NCBI RefSeq assembly: GCF_006345805.1
Contig: NC_043007.1
Location: forward strand, 13,206,001 to 13,270,000
Length of the DNA: 64,000 nucleotides
Direction: 5' to 3'
From: Octopus sinensis
Taxonomy: Eukaryota
Shown in pieces: positions 13,067-27,350 of this stretch. The position numbers and the translations under genes were made by a program. Numbering within the stretch: the stretch's first letter is position 1; every line of letters begins with the position of its first letter. The notes below the pieces were generated by a model that saw nothing but the letters and a program-made list of their open reading frames with translations, did not search any database and was not told the DNA's origin.

Positions 13067-13119
13067 TTACTTCTACTGTGCCAGTTATTACTGGTACTTT
13101 TTCAATACTCAATCCCTGT

Positions 13120-13345
13120 GTTATATTCTTTTATATGTTTGCCATTTGACTGTGGCCATGCTGGAGCACCGCCTTTAGTCGAACAAATCGACCCAGGATT
13201 TACTCTTTACAAGCCTAGCACTTATTCTATCGATCTTTTTGCTGAACCGGGGGACGTAAACACACCAACATCGGTTGTCAAAGAATGGTGTGGGAGTGGG
13301 GACAAACACAGACACACAAACACACACATATAAAACCTATGTATG

Positions 13346-13383
<38 letters not shown>

Positions 13384-13790
13384 TATAATCAAAATAAGCA
13401 ACAAGAATGACTCCGGTAATTTGGTACGATCGTTTCGTACTACATCATTTTATTAAATGGTGTAAGTATTACAACAGATTTAAGATGCTGAGTACTCATC
13501 AGCCAATTATAGAGGTTTTCCATTAATACAAAAATTTTCAAATCAACTGGCAACATTATAGAGAAGGTAGATATATAGACAAAGATGTGGATTTAAATTT
13601 TAAGAACATATGAGGTAGTGAAGTCCTTCCACTACGACGGGCTTCTTTCAATTTCCGTCTACCAAGTCCACTCACAAGGCCCGAAGCTATAGTAGAAGAC
13701 ACTTGCTCAAGGTGCCACGCAGTGGGACTGAACTCGTAGCTGTGTAGCTGGTAAGCAAGCTACTTATCACACAGCCACCCCTGCGCCTAT
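13120..13790 (-). mobile_element. SINE-B split into 3' half (13120-13385) and 5' half (13635-13790)
   Basis: Both halves match SINE-B; ~250 bp of unrelated sequence lies between them at the internal TA microsatellite. Confidence 0.75.
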
Positions 13791-14169
13791 TTACTAATTG
13801 ATTTTCTATTTCTGAGTTTCCATACTTTGACTGTTGTTTTATCCCTGTCAGAAAGATGTTTTCATCGTATGGAATTGAAAGCCAGAAGAAGCGGGAAATG
13901 AAAGCTGTAAATTATTATTTACTCGAGTTATTTACATTTACGAGTAATAAATCATCTTTTTTTTTTTCGTTTTAGTAAGAATATTTTCTCATTTTAGCAG
14001 GACTCATATTTTGGAAGAGGTTAACAGCCAATTAAATCAACCTCTAATCCGACTGATTCTTGCATCATTGACTGCCAAAGGTTAAACGATAAAAACTGCC
14101 GTGCGGGATTTAAACTGAGAAACGTCAACAGTATATAAACAAACATTGACGCATAACTTTTTATTTTTC

Positions 14170-14403
14170 AAACAATTACAGCGTGGAAGATGTTTGTAAG
14201 CCATTCAAGAACACACAAAAAGCCGTTAGTTTCACTTCAGCATTTAAATTTTTTTTGTGTCAAAATGTTTTCATCGCTTTGAAACCGCGACCTGTTCATT
14301 GACAAAACTTCGTGCTGCATCGCGAAGTTTTGTCAATGAACAGGAGGCGGTTTTTGTGTGTTCTTGAATGGCTTACAAATATCTTTCACGCTGCAATTGT
14401 TTT
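14170..14403. repeat. Nested palindromic (foldback) element
   Basis: Outer arms 14170-14225 / 14348-14403 (~4 mismatches); perfect 22-bp inner arms 14291-14312 / 14323-14344. Confidence 0.9.
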
Positions 14404-14489
14404 TATTTCAGCACACGATCTCTGATCAAGTCACTTGCTATGCAAGTACATCTCGGTATTTTTTTTTTTCTTCAGTATATCAGGATTGA

Positions 14490-14945
14490 CAAGGCGGCGA
14501 ACTGGCAGAAACGTTAGCACGCCGGGCGAAATGCTTAGCAGTATATTGTCTGTTTTTACATTCTGAGTTCAAATTCCACCGAGGTTGACTTTGCCTTTCA
14601 TCCTTTCGGGGTTGATAAATTAAGTACCAGTTGCGTACAGGGGTCGATCTAATTGACTGGCCCCCTCTCCAAAATTTCGGGCCTTGTGCTAGAGTAGAAA
14701 AGAATATTAATAACAAATAAAAGCGGTGAGTTGGCAGTCTCGTTAGCACGCCGGGCAAATTTTTTTTTTAGCGGCATTTCGTCCATCCTTACGTTCGGAT
14801 TTCAAATTCCGCCAAAGGTGACTTTGCCTTTCATCTTTTCAGAGTTGGTAAAATAAGTACCAGTTGAGCACTGGGTTTGACGAAATCGACTTATTCCGTT
14901 TCCCGAATGTACTGGTCACGTGCCAAAATTTAAAGCTGTAATAAG
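14490..14945 (+). mobile_element. Two adjacent long-tail SINE-A copies
   Basis: SINE-A heads at ~14491 and ~14722; tail AAAATTTCGGGCCTTGTGCTAGAGTAGAAAAG on the first. Confidence 0.8.
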
Positions 14946-14968
14946 TGTGTGAATCTGAGAGGGGTATA

Positions 14969-15377
14969 TACTCTTTTACTCTTTTACGTGTTTCAGTCAT
15001 TTGACTACGGCCATGCTGGAGCACCGCCTTTAGTCGAGCAAATCGACCCCAGGACTTATTCTTTGGAAGCCTAGCACTGATTCTATTTTGCGAACCGCTA
15101 AGTTACGAGGTCGTAAACACACCAACATCGGTTGTCAAGCGATGTTGGGGTGGACAAACACAGACACACAAACATATACACATACGTACATATATATATA
15201 TATATACATATATACTACGGGCTTCTTTCAGTTTCCGTCTACCAAATCCACTCACAAGGCTTTGGTCGGCCTGAAGCTATAGTAGAAGACACTTGCCCAA
15301 GGTGCCACGCAGTGGGACTGAACCCGGAACCATGTGGTAGGTAAGCAAGCTACTTACCACACAGCCACTCCTACGCC
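14969..15377 (-). mobile_element. SINE-B, full length
   Basis: Tail repeat TACTCTTTTACTCTTTTA, internal TA/CA tract, head GGCGTAGGAGTGGCTGTGTGG. Confidence 0.9.
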
Positions 15378-16490
15378 TATGTTGAATAAAGTCATAATTA
15401 ACCGGTCTTCCTGTATTTTCTTTTATTCAAAACCAGGAATTTTTCAGCACCTCTTCGTAGAAAAATAAAATGATATTTAAATGAAAGTACGATGTATAGT
15501 AATAACTTTTGGGATGGACGCAGAACAGCGAGAATTCAAATAAAAACGTATCGTTCAGGTAGATTCGATCGTAAATATCCGATCGCTGTTATGGCCACCG
15601 GAGAATACCTCAACTCATTAGACGATGAATGTTCATAACACGTGCGATTCACTGATGTAATGGAACTTCGAGACACCGTGGTGTTTCTACCTCGTTGTGT
15701 CTCGTCAGTTCAAGCTACTCTGCACGATCAATGCACGAGCTCTTGTTTATAGGAATTAGCAAACATTATTTTCTGATGCGTACTGGTCAGTGGCGGCTCG
15801 TAGATAAAATTAGTGAGGGTGTTGCTTCAGAAAATTTTTAGCCATTGTTTTAATATTGTATAAAAGGAAATAAACATATAAAAAGAATATTTACACATAA
15901 ACTTGATCGGTTTTAGCCACTGCCGGGTAGTGTGTTTAATTTGTTTACTGAACAATTCTCCCGTTTTTCAAAAATCCTCCCTAAATCACAAAATAAGGGG
16001 TGAGGGAATATGCCCTATTTTTCAAATCCTGGCAGCAACACTGAAGCTGGAAGCAGGATAATAATCTAATTCTACACTTTATTCACATTCAAGAATATAA
16101 ACACGTTTTTAAGTACAACACACGCGGAGTCAAAGAGAAACACTGCCTTTCACCCTGCACGGAGTGCTCTCTCTCTCTCCCTCTCTCTCTAGCGTGAATC
16201 TTCCTATCTCGGACATGTAAGCATGCACACAACAGCCAAACACCGCGTTGCTGGAACTGTGAGGCGCACAGTTCTATACAAGGATTTTTTTTTCATAAAA
16301 TAGCGGATGGCTACTGACATTAAGCTTAAGGACTGTATAATGTACAAGTATAAAGAAAGAATTTAAAAGAAAGGACTCATTATATTGAATGTTATCGATA
16401 ATATCGAGTGGAAATAGGGGGTGCTGCAGTTCCGCAGTTCCTATACAGATGTCGCCACTGGTGCTGATGGCTGCGGTATATAGTAATTTT

Positions 16491-16773
16491 GGGCGGCGAG
16501 CTGGCAGAAACGTTAGCACGCCGGGCGAAATGCGTCTGTCCTTGTTTGTCCACTCTGTGTTTAGTCCCTTGTGGGTAGTAAAGAAATAGGTATTTCGTCT
16601 GCCGCTGCGTTCTGAGTTCAAATTCCGCCGAGGTCGACTTTGCCTTTCATCCTTTTCGGGGTCGATAAATTAAGTACCAGTTACGCTCTGGGGTCGATGT
16701 ATTCGACTTGATCCGTTTGTCTGTCCTTGTTTGTCCCCTCTGTGTATAGCCCCTTGTGGGTAGTATAGAAATA
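16491..16773 (+). mobile_element. SINE-A, deleted first unit plus one body
   Basis: 16-bp TSD GGTATATAGTAATTTT at 16475 and 16774. Confidence 0.88.
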
Positions 16774-17679
16774 GGTATATAGTAATTTTCGTATCAGTGG
16801 CAGTTATTGCTGCTGTTGTTTCGACATATGCCAGCCATGATATAGACAACCCACACCTTGTAAGAAGCTTGGTTATTCGAATGAAGAGGTGCGATCCAAA
16901 CGATCTACTGTTCCCCCAACTTAACACAACCATAATGTGCATTCTGACGTACAGCTAGTGATCGCATGGGAACGCAATGTGGAAGCTTGGAAGACTTGTT
17001 GCTCCCTCTCTCTCCTTCTCTCTCACTCTCTCTCTCTCTCTCTCTCACTTTCTCACTCTCTCTCTTTCTCTCTCTCTCCACTGTCCAGTCTACTTTCTTT
17101 CGCTTGTTTAAAAATTCTGCTGGTGGACTCAATCGGTGCGTGACAGTAGACGTTCCGCTGTACTTACCTCCGATGGTGTGTTAATCAGTGCAGTATGCGC
17201 GGGGCTAATGAGGTTAATTATTATGCTGCTGCTGCTGCTGCTGTTCTGTATTTATTTTAATTATAATTATCATTATTTTATTTTATTTTTTGTATTTTCT
17301 TTATTTCTCTTACTTCTTTCAGTCATTAGGCACAGGCCATGCTGGGGCACCGCTACGAAAGGGTCTTGTTAAAAAAATCAACCTCAGTACTTATTTTTTA
17401 GGTCAGGTACTATCGGTGTCTTTATTGAACCGCTACGCTACTTGGATGTAAACAAACCAACACCGTAACACAAATCCTCACACACACACACACACACACG
17501 ACGGGTTTTCACAGAATTTCTGTCTACCAGGTTCACTCGAAGGGCATTGATCGGTTTAAGGCCATAGAAGAAGATACTCACCCAAGTTACCGCGCAGTAG
17601 AACTGAAACCGAAACCCCGTGGCTGCAAAGCAAACTTCTTAACCATACAACCATCCCTGCGCCTTCCTTTCTTCTATCG

Positions 17680-18829
17680 TTCACCTTTTTATTGTTTCAG
17701 TCATTAAGACGGCGACCATGTCTCAGTGCTGGTTTGTTTACATCCCCGTAACGTAGCGGTTCGGCAAGGACACCGATAGAACCAGACCTTGAAAGGCTCA
17801 GTCGAACAAATCGCCCCTAGTATTTATTCTCATTTAAAGCCTGGTTTTTATTTTATCGTTCTCTTTTTGCTGAATCGCAAAGTTACAGACAGACATGAAC
17901 CCCCTACACTCACACACACACACGACGGGCTTCTTTCAGTTTCTGGCTACCAAATCCACTCACAAGACTTTAGTTGACCCGGGGCTTTCGTAGAAAATAC
18001 TTTCCCAAGGTGCCACGCTGTGAGACTGAACCCGGAACCATGTGATTGGGAAACAAACTTCTTACTACACGGCCACACATACGCCACAAGACTTTAGTTG
18101 CTCCGAGGCTTTAGTAGAAAATACTTTCCCAAGGTGCCACGCTGTGAGACTGAACCCGGAACCATCTGATTAGGAAACAAACTTCTTACCACACGGCCAC
18201 ACATACGCCACAAGACTTTAGTTGCCCCGGGGCTTTAGTAGAAAATACTTTCCCAAGGTTCCACGCTGTGGGACTGAACCCGGAACCATCTGATTAGGAA
18301 ACAAACTTCTTACCACACGGCCACACATACGCCACAAGACTTTAGTTGCCCCGGGGCTTTAGTAGAAAATACTTTCCCAAGGTTCCACGTTGTGGGACTG
18401 AACCCGGAACCATCTGATTAGGAAACAAACTTCTTACCACACGGCCACACATACGCCACAAGAATTTAGTTGCCCCGGGGCTTTAGTAGAAAATACTTTC
18501 CCAAGGTGCCACGTTGTGGGACTGAACCCGGAACCATCTGATTAGGAAACAAACTTCTTACCACACGGCCACACATACGCCACAAGACTTTAGTTGCCCC
18601 GGGGCTTTAGTAGAAAATACTTTCCCAAGGTTCCACGCTGTGGGACTGAACCCGGAACCATCTGATTAGGAAACAAACTTCTTACCACACGGCCACACAT
18701 ACGCCACAAGACTTTAGTTGCCCCGGGGCTTTAGTAGAAAATACTTTCCCAAGGTGCCACGCTGTGGGACTGAACCCGGAACCATCTGATTAGGAAACAA
18801 ACTTCTTACCGCACAGCCACACATACGCC
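17680..18829 (-). mobile_element. SINE-B whose 5' head is amplified into seven 124-bp tandem units (17959-18829)
   Basis: GCCACAAG recurs at 18083, 18207, 18331, 18455, 18579, 18703; the unit is the SINE-B tRNA-like head plus adjacent core. Confidence 0.92.
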
Positions 18830-19982
18830 TGTATTTATTTTATCATTAGTATTGCTTTTTTATGCCATTGCTATTTGTCTGGACTGAGTGGGAGGGATGT
18901 CTCTTTGGGAGTGCATCGTGTTAATATAGCTGTTGTAGATGTGTATATTTATTTGGAGAGGGTCGTAGTTGTAGGGGCAGGGCGTGTGTGTGTGTTTGTG
19001 TGTGCTGGAGCCTGCTGCAACAACAAACTGTGCCCTTCACTTGTCCACATCAGTGGGTAGGTTAGTAAGGCAGTGTAAATGATGGCAATGAAAGTTGAAA
19101 TGTGAGTGTGAGTGAGACAGAAGGGGAGAGATAAGGAAGATAAGGAAGTTGTTGAATAGGTAATAGAAAGGTGAAGTAAGTGTGAGAGGGGGAGATAGAT
19201 AAATAGGTAGAGAGAGAGAGAGAGAGGGGGGGAGAAAGAGAGATGGGGTGAGAGAGTTGTGTGTACGTACGTGTGTAGTCACAGTGGGAAATGAGGTGTG
19301 TCTCAATTAAATGCTGTCTTGACGAATGTTTTCGAACAAGACTAGAAGCTGGGTAAGAAAACAAGAGGGAAAGACGCAGGTAAAACAGGTTTCAGGGGCA
19401 GGCCACGAGGTGAGAAAGAGGCTGACTGGGGAAGAAGAAAAAAAAAAGCATTCAATGAATTTTTTTTACACATGAGATGGAAGTTGGAACGTGTTGTTCG
19501 TACGGAAACCATGTCGAGTATTAGGTTTTTTTGGAAAACTGCCGGGAACTGAGAAATCATGAAACACCAAGTTTTTATGTTTTTACAGCAAACAAAAATT
19601 CCGCTCCGCAAAGTTTATTTGATTGACTTATTTATTTTGTTCTGACTGTAGAAGTTTCCAGAATGTGTAGACGTATCGTTAGTGAGTTATGCGGAGGGCA
19701 ACACAATCTGTCATTTTTCACATCTCAACGTATAAGTATCAGCTTGTAAACAGCTTTTTTTCTTCTTCTCTTTGTGCCATTCTCCTCTCCACCCATTCAG
19801 TCTCGTTTCTAAAGAGGATTACACGGAAATATATTATCTAATTATCGCTCCGGAACATCGTTCCTCGATAATATATTTTCAAGACTTGCTAACTTTCAAC
19901 CACCGTGGTTTAGGTACAAGGCCCCCACCATGAATTGGATCTGTGATTAGTTTCGATTTTCGTTTGCCGCTATTCAGTAACA

Positions 19983-20036
<54 letters not shown>

Positions 20037-20049
20037 GCACGCACGCACA

Positions 20050-20108
<59 letters not shown>

Positions 20109-20147
20109 GCACGCACACACACACTCACACATATACATATATATATA

Positions 20148-20360
20148 TACTCTTTTACTCCTTTACTTGTTTCAGTCATTTGACTGCGGTCATGCTGGAG
20201 CACCGCATTTAGTCGAGAAAATCGACCCCCAGGACTTATTCTTTGTAAGCCTGGTACTTATTCTATCGGTCTCTTTTGCCGAACCGCTAAGTTACGGGGA
20301 CGTAAACACACCAGCATCGGTTGTCAAGCGATGTTGGGGGGGACAAACACAGACACACAA

Positions 20361-20395
<35 letters not shown>

Positions 20396-20562
20396 CATAT
20401 ATGCAACGAGCTTCTTTAAGTTTCCGTCTACCAAATCTACTCACAAGGCTTTGGTCGGCTCGAGGCTATAGTAGAAGACACTTGCCTAAGGTGCCACGCA
20501 GTGGGACTGCACCTGAAACCATATGGTTGGTAAGCAAGCTATATATCCACGCAGCCACTTCT
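20148..20562 (-). mobile_element. SINE-B, full length
   Basis: Consensus head, internal CA/TA tract and TACTCTTT tail. Confidence 0.9.
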
Positions 20563-20584
20563 GGCTGCGTTATTAAGAATGTAG

Positions 20585-20820
20585 CTTTGCAACCGCGAGG
20601 TTTTGGAGGCAGTCTCACTTCTGTATTAGCTTGAGCAAGTGTCTTCTACTATAGCCCCGGTCCAACTAATGCCTTGTGAGTGAATTTCCTAGACAGAAAC
20701 AGTGCGGAAGCCTCTGTTGTTCATATATTTATCTATATAAAACCGGCACTCCATTTCTTACGACAACGAGTGTTCCAGTTGCTCTGATCAACGGAACAGC
20801 CTGTTCGTGAAATTAACGTT
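20585..20820 (+). mobile_element. Old SINE with SINE-B-like head and Ceph-type 3' domain
   Basis: CTTGAGCAAGTGTCTTCTACTATAGCC, then after a short TA tract CACTCC...TTACGACAACGAG...TTCCAGTTG...TCGTGAAATTAACGT as at 45293-45361. Confidence 0.65.
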
Positions 20821-21449
20821 TTCATGGAGAGTCAGCATGACACCTATATCTATCTATCTTTCCTCACAACCATTCCCTTTTTTTCTCTCCCTTTCTCTTG
20901 CTCCTCCTCCTCCCTCCCGTCGTTGACCTGCGACGAGAGATGTGCTACTGCCTTTCTGGCATTTTCTGTTGCTCCTTCGCCATTCTCAAAAATAGCGTTC
21001 GTAACACTTTATCTCGTTCGGCTTAACAACCCTTCTTGTCTTGTTATTCTCCTTGTCCTATCTTTTACTGTTTATATTTTGTACTGTCGTTACTGTCCTC
21101 ATTTTTACCCCTCCACAAAAAGGTCTCAAATTTTATTTAATTTGCTTTTCGCGGGAAGGAAAGTTTCTATCGAAGATGCGTATCGCCCTCAACCTTCGAA
21201 ACGCGAGTAGATGAAACCATGGCGACTGAAGAAGGGGAATTTTTCCTTTTGTTATTTGTCCTGTACTCTATTTTTCGTTGTTTAAGAAAATGTCCAGTTC
21301 CTTGGTTTTGTGTTTATGTTTTCGTTTTCTCATTGTGTTCGACGTTTTTTTTGGTGTCCTGTACCCATATATGCATGTTATATATACATGTAGAGGTAGG
21401 CACGTACATATATGTATGTATATATGCATATGTTTTTATTTATTAAACT

Positions 21450-22119
<670 letters not shown>

Positions 22120-22435
22120 GTGTGTGTGTGTTTGCATTTGTCCCCTCCACCGTTTAACAATTTCATGTTCATTTGTGTGACTTACCAATTCGGCCAAAAC
22201 AATCAATAGAATAGGCACCAGACGTAGAAAAAAAAAGCAGTAAGGACTGGGGTCAATTCTTTTGACTAAACCCTTCAAGGCGAGGCGACAGCATGGCTGC
22301 AGTCCAATGACTGAAACAAGTAAGTCACAAAATGATGGAGCGTAACGATAATGGGTTAGATTGTATAGCATGAAGTTATGATGTTCGCTTCATTGTTATA
22401 AACCCGCACACACAATGGACGTGGACATGCTCAAC

Positions 22436-22620
22436 TGGAACAAGCTGCCAGACGAGATGGTGAAGATGCCGACGACCGCTTTGTTCAAAGTCTCCCTTGA
22501 CCTCAAGTGGCCTGAACTCTTTACATGAACACCACCCTGTACTTAACTCCATGTCCCCCTACATGGCCTTGCTATTTGCTTTTGAGCCAAAATTAACTAA
22601 CTAACTAACTAACTAACTAA
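22436..22620 (+). mobile_element. 5'-truncated CR1/L2-group LINE 3' end
   Basis: 22436-22528 translates WNKLPDEMVKMPTTALFKVSLDLKWPELFT*, the WNxLP...FK..LD C-terminus typical of CR1-type ORF2, then a short 3' UTR and (CTAA)n tail. Confidence 0.8.
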
Positions 22621-22681
22621 CCCCTCATCAGTCATCGACCAAATATCATCACAGTTTCGACACATATATAATATGTTTATA

Positions 22682-22732
<51 letters not shown>

Positions 22733-23253
22733 ATATATATACTATATATATATAGTCATTTGCCACTGAAATATAAACGAATACGTATAGGGTAGAAATA
22801 AAAATAAATAACAGAAAATAAAGAACAGAAATCGCGAATAATTTGCCAGGAATGTTGATGCAGTCTTGTGAAAGTTAGCTTTAAATTCTTCAGTTGTTTC
22901 ACATTTCGGTTCGCCAATTTCTTGTCTCTTTTTTTTTTTGGTTTCTTTTCGTTGTTTTTTTTTCCCCTTTTTGTTCTTTAATTTTTCTCCTTCTTTTTGC
23001 CTCTCTGTCTCCCCTTGTAAAATAAAAAAGAATGGTGATATCTCCAGAAGTGCCCCCACAAAGAAAAGAAGAAAGAAAGAAAGAAAGAAAGAAAGAGAAA
23101 GAAAGAAAGAAAAGAACATAGAGTGGTACCAGGAAGAATGTTGTGTAAAAGTGACAGAAAGCTAAAAAAAAAAACAAAAACAGCTGTGGTCTTAATGGTT
23201 CTTCATAGCTATACGATGGAATGACGTTCGCATGAGTTGACTGGGAATCAAAC

Positions 23254-23303
<50 letters not shown>

Positions 23304-23454
23304 ACACACACAGCGGGTGCGGGGGGGTGTTTGATGGCGTGGGATAACAATACACCAATGGAGTTTTCTGTAAAGAATCGCCTGATTGCGGATGTGCACG
23401 GATTATGATATAATCTCCTTAAACGGTTCGACTTTGGATACACGCATGCAAAAC

Positions 23455-24092
23455 CCACATACATACATACATACATACATACATACATAGACACACTTAC
23501 ATACATACATACATACACGCATACATACATACATACATACATACATACACACCTACATACATACATACATACACGTATACATAAATACATTCATACATAC
23601 ATACATACACGCATATATACATACATACATACATACATAAACACATACACATACATACATACATACATACATACATACATACACGCATATATACATACAT
23701 ACATACATACATACATAAACACATACACATACATACATACATACATACATACATACATACATACACGCATATATACATACATACATACATACATACATAA
23801 ACACATACACATACATACATACATATATACATACATACATACATATATATACATACATACATACATACATTCATACATCACATACATACATACATACATA
23901 CACGCATACATACATACACACATACATACATACATATATACATACATACACCCATACACACATATATACACCCATACACACATACATACACGCATACATA
24001 CATACATACATACATACACGCATACATACATACATACATACATGTTTTATGTATGTATGTATGTATGTATGTATGTATGTATGTATGTATGT
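23455..24092. repeat. (TACA)n block followed by inverted (TATG)n
   Basis: Orientation switches at ~24043 (CATACATGTTTTATGTATG). Confidence 0.95.
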
Positions 24093-24812
24093 GGGTTTTG
24101 CATTTGTGTGCATGTGTGTGTGGGGGCCGCTGTGGTACGTGTGTACGTTTGAAACAGTGTGTGTTGCCCCGTTCATTCACTAGTGAGTTTTATCTATACT
24201 TGCATTAACAGATGCCGTGTGGTTGTGTGCATGTGTGTGAGAGAGAGTGTGAAAGAGAGAGAAAGAGGGAGAGAGAGAGTGCGTGAAAGAGGGAGAGAGA
24301 GGGGGAAAGAGAAAGAGAGGTACTTCTGGTGAGGTAGATTTAGTTTTTATCTGTAAAATGTTCTAATTTGATGACTTAAGTAGATATCTGTTGTTTATAT
24401 AATGTTGTTCTCTTTAAAGTTCTTTGAAATCTTCAGTTTATACTTGTGCAGGCCGAGTAAATACATACATGCATACGTACATACATGCTTACATACATAC
24501 ATACATACATACATACAGACAGACAGACAGACAGACAGACATACATACATACACACATACGTACGTACGTACGTACGTACATACAAACGTACATACAATC
24601 GTACATACTGAATATAAATATATTTGTAAATTATTGTGTGTATACATATATATATATGTATATACATATATATATGTGTATATATGTATATACACATATA
24701 TATACGTATATATATATCTATATATGTATATGTATATATGTATATACATACATGCATACATATTTGCATATATACGTAGAGACCACGCGCACACACACAC
24801 ACACAGATATAT

Positions 24813-24851
<39 letters not shown>

Positions 24852-25428
24852 AATATATATATATACATACGCGCATACACCACCAATGCGTATATGAATA
24901 TGTCTATTACAATAAGCCTTTGCACCCAACTTGCTGATAGACAGACATTTTTGGATAGGTAGGTAGGTAAGTATAAAGACAGGCGTTAATTCCAGCTCGC
25001 ATCAAGAGAAATTAGGTTAGAATCATTAAGGAAAATAAATAACATATAAACAAGTAAAATGCAAAGTATCAAGACCATGTTTCAAATTGGATTGGAACCA
25101 CTTAGAAACAACTAAGAGGCCGCTCAGTGTTAATGTTGCGTTCCTTGACACTGCTTCTTAAGATCTGACTCAGCCTTAAAATGGTTTGCACTCTGTGCCT
25201 GCTCAAAGAAAAGCAAGTAAAGACTTTATTCTCAAGATCTGTTTATCTTGTCTTGTTCCCTGCTTCCTTATTTATTTTTTGCTATTCTCTGCTTAATTTT
25301 CGAGCTGACATTTATCCTAAATGAAAGAAGGAGATTCGTCGAGGACGAAGGCGTTGTCACTGCGCTTTGTTAAACTGTTTACGCAACGTGTATATTTGAA
25401 TACACAAAACACACACACACACACACAC

Positions 25429-25470
<42 letters not shown>

Positions 25471-25679
25471 GCACACATACACACACACACATACACACAC
25501 ACTTTTTCTTTATTACATACACACACACACGTAGAGATATCAAGCTAGAGATTTACTCAAGGAGAATACCTATACACGGTAGCTGTAAATACTAAGAGTA
25601 GCAGCCCAAAATTTCTATCACTTTTCATCGTATTGTCTTAAAACAAGAGAGTCTTATTGCATTGTATGTGTAAATACGA

Positions 25680-26290
25680 AGGCGGCGAGCTGGTAAAAAC
25701 GTTAGCACGGCGGGCGAAATGCGTAGCCGTATTTCGTCTGCCGTTACGTTCTGAGTTCAAATTCCGCCGAGGTCGACTTTGCCTTTCATCCTTTCTGGGT
25801 CGATTAAATAAGTACCAGTTACGCACTGGGGTCGATATAATCAACTTAATCCGTTTGTCTGTCCTCTCTATGTTTAGCCCCTTGTGGGTAGTAAAGAAAT
25901 AGGTATTTCGTCTGCCGCTACGTTCTGAGTTCAAATTCCGCCGAGGTCGACTTTGCCTTTCATTCTTTTCAAGATCGGTAAATTAAGTACCAGTTTCGCA
26001 CTGGGGTCGATGTAATCGACTTAATACTTTTGTCTTTTCTTGTTTGTCCCCTCTACGTTTAGCCCATTGTAGGCAATAAAGAAATAAGAATCGTTAGCAC
26101 GCCGGATAAAATGCTTAGCAGCATTTCGTCCGTCTTTAGGTTCTGATTTCAAATTCTCACCGAGATCGACTTCGCCTTTCATCCTTTCGGGGTCGTTAAA
26201 TTAAGTACCAGTGGAAGACTGAGGTCGATGCAATTGATTAGTCGCCTCCCCCAAAATTTCAGGCCTTGTGCCGCTAATAGAAAGGATTAT
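25680..26290 (+). mobile_element. SINE-A array ending in a long-tail unit
   Basis: Head at 25681, repeated bodies, terminal CAAAATTTCAGGCCTTGTGCCG...TAGAAAGGATTAT. Confidence 0.88.
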
Positions 26291-26320
26291 ACACACGCAC
26301 GCACACACACACGCACACAC

Positions 26321-26360
<40 letters not shown>

Positions 26361-26690
26361 GAGAAAGAGGCATGTATGATTACTTGCCCGAGGTGCTATC
26401 CAGGGCGATCGAACCTGGTACCATGTAAATGCCTAGCGAAATTCTTAATCCCAGCCAAACCCATGCTTATTTCTCCCGAAATGCTCTTATTATCTTAAAG
26501 GCAATGTCTACCTTAGCAGCATTCGAACTTGGGACGAGTCTTAATACCACAAGACATTTGATCTAACACAATCACGTTTTTGCCATTATCTCCTTTAACT
26601 CTAATTTTGGCAGAGGCCACAATATCTTTTAAAGGGTTGTGACAAATTTAATAGACCTTTAATCCCGCCCCAAGTATTTCATTGGTAAGT

Positions 26691-26945
26691 GAGGGCGCAT
26701 GGCCTAGCGGTTAGGACGTTGTACTAACGATCACATTGTCGACATTTCAATTCTTGGACCTGGTACTGAGTTGTGTTATTGCACAAAACACTGCAATCAT
26801 TTCGCCACCTGACGTGTGGCACACCGAGCACCTGTACAGGTAATGTCGATTTGATGGAAGGAGTTAGCTAATGTGCAGCATGAATATTTGGTCGCTATAA
26901 ACAAACCATTTGAGCAGCTTGTTCGGCAAAAAATTGCAGAACAGT
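26691..26945 (+). mobile_element. Diverged tRNA-derived SINE of a further family
   Basis: GGCGCATGGCCTAGCGGTTAGG A-box-like head, similar to the head at 12817; different body. Confidence 0.5.
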
Positions 26946-27350
26946 CTTTCTGGGATTCGAGGGACTGTCGTACATACCCTGGTAAAATGGGAGACAAAGT
27001 TAACTATCTGCAGTATTTGAACTCGTATCGTTGAGGAAGATTTAAGCAAGGACAGACAGAAAACAGCAATACTACGGTTGAAAAGATAACGTTACAAGTT
27101 CAAATCCCGCACGGCTTATAAAATAGGTGGTTCAGACTCAACATCGGTCCTGAGCCTTGAAAAACCAAAGAGGGGACCATGGCTACGTATCTTCTGAGCC
27201 CCTTATTATAAAAATATAAAAAACCTAATTGCCATAAATTTTGTGGGCACCCTCCCCTTCCCGGGAGCCACGAGAGCAGTATTGTTTCATCCTGTCGAAT
27301 TTCTATCGAAGACCTTATTGTCTTCACTCTTGTTATTCAACATTTTATTT

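Noticed and set aside
15785-16470. DNA transposon with CAGTGGCG termini
   Set aside because: Inverted match is only 8 bp and no TSD is evident.
17959-18829. CRISPR-like appearance of the regular array
   Set aside because: Whole units repeat with no unique spacers, the unit is SINE-derived, and the context is eukaryotic.
19310-19620. Possible exon with several GT donor-like sites
   Set aside because: No convincing acceptor and no recognisable protein motif in any frame.
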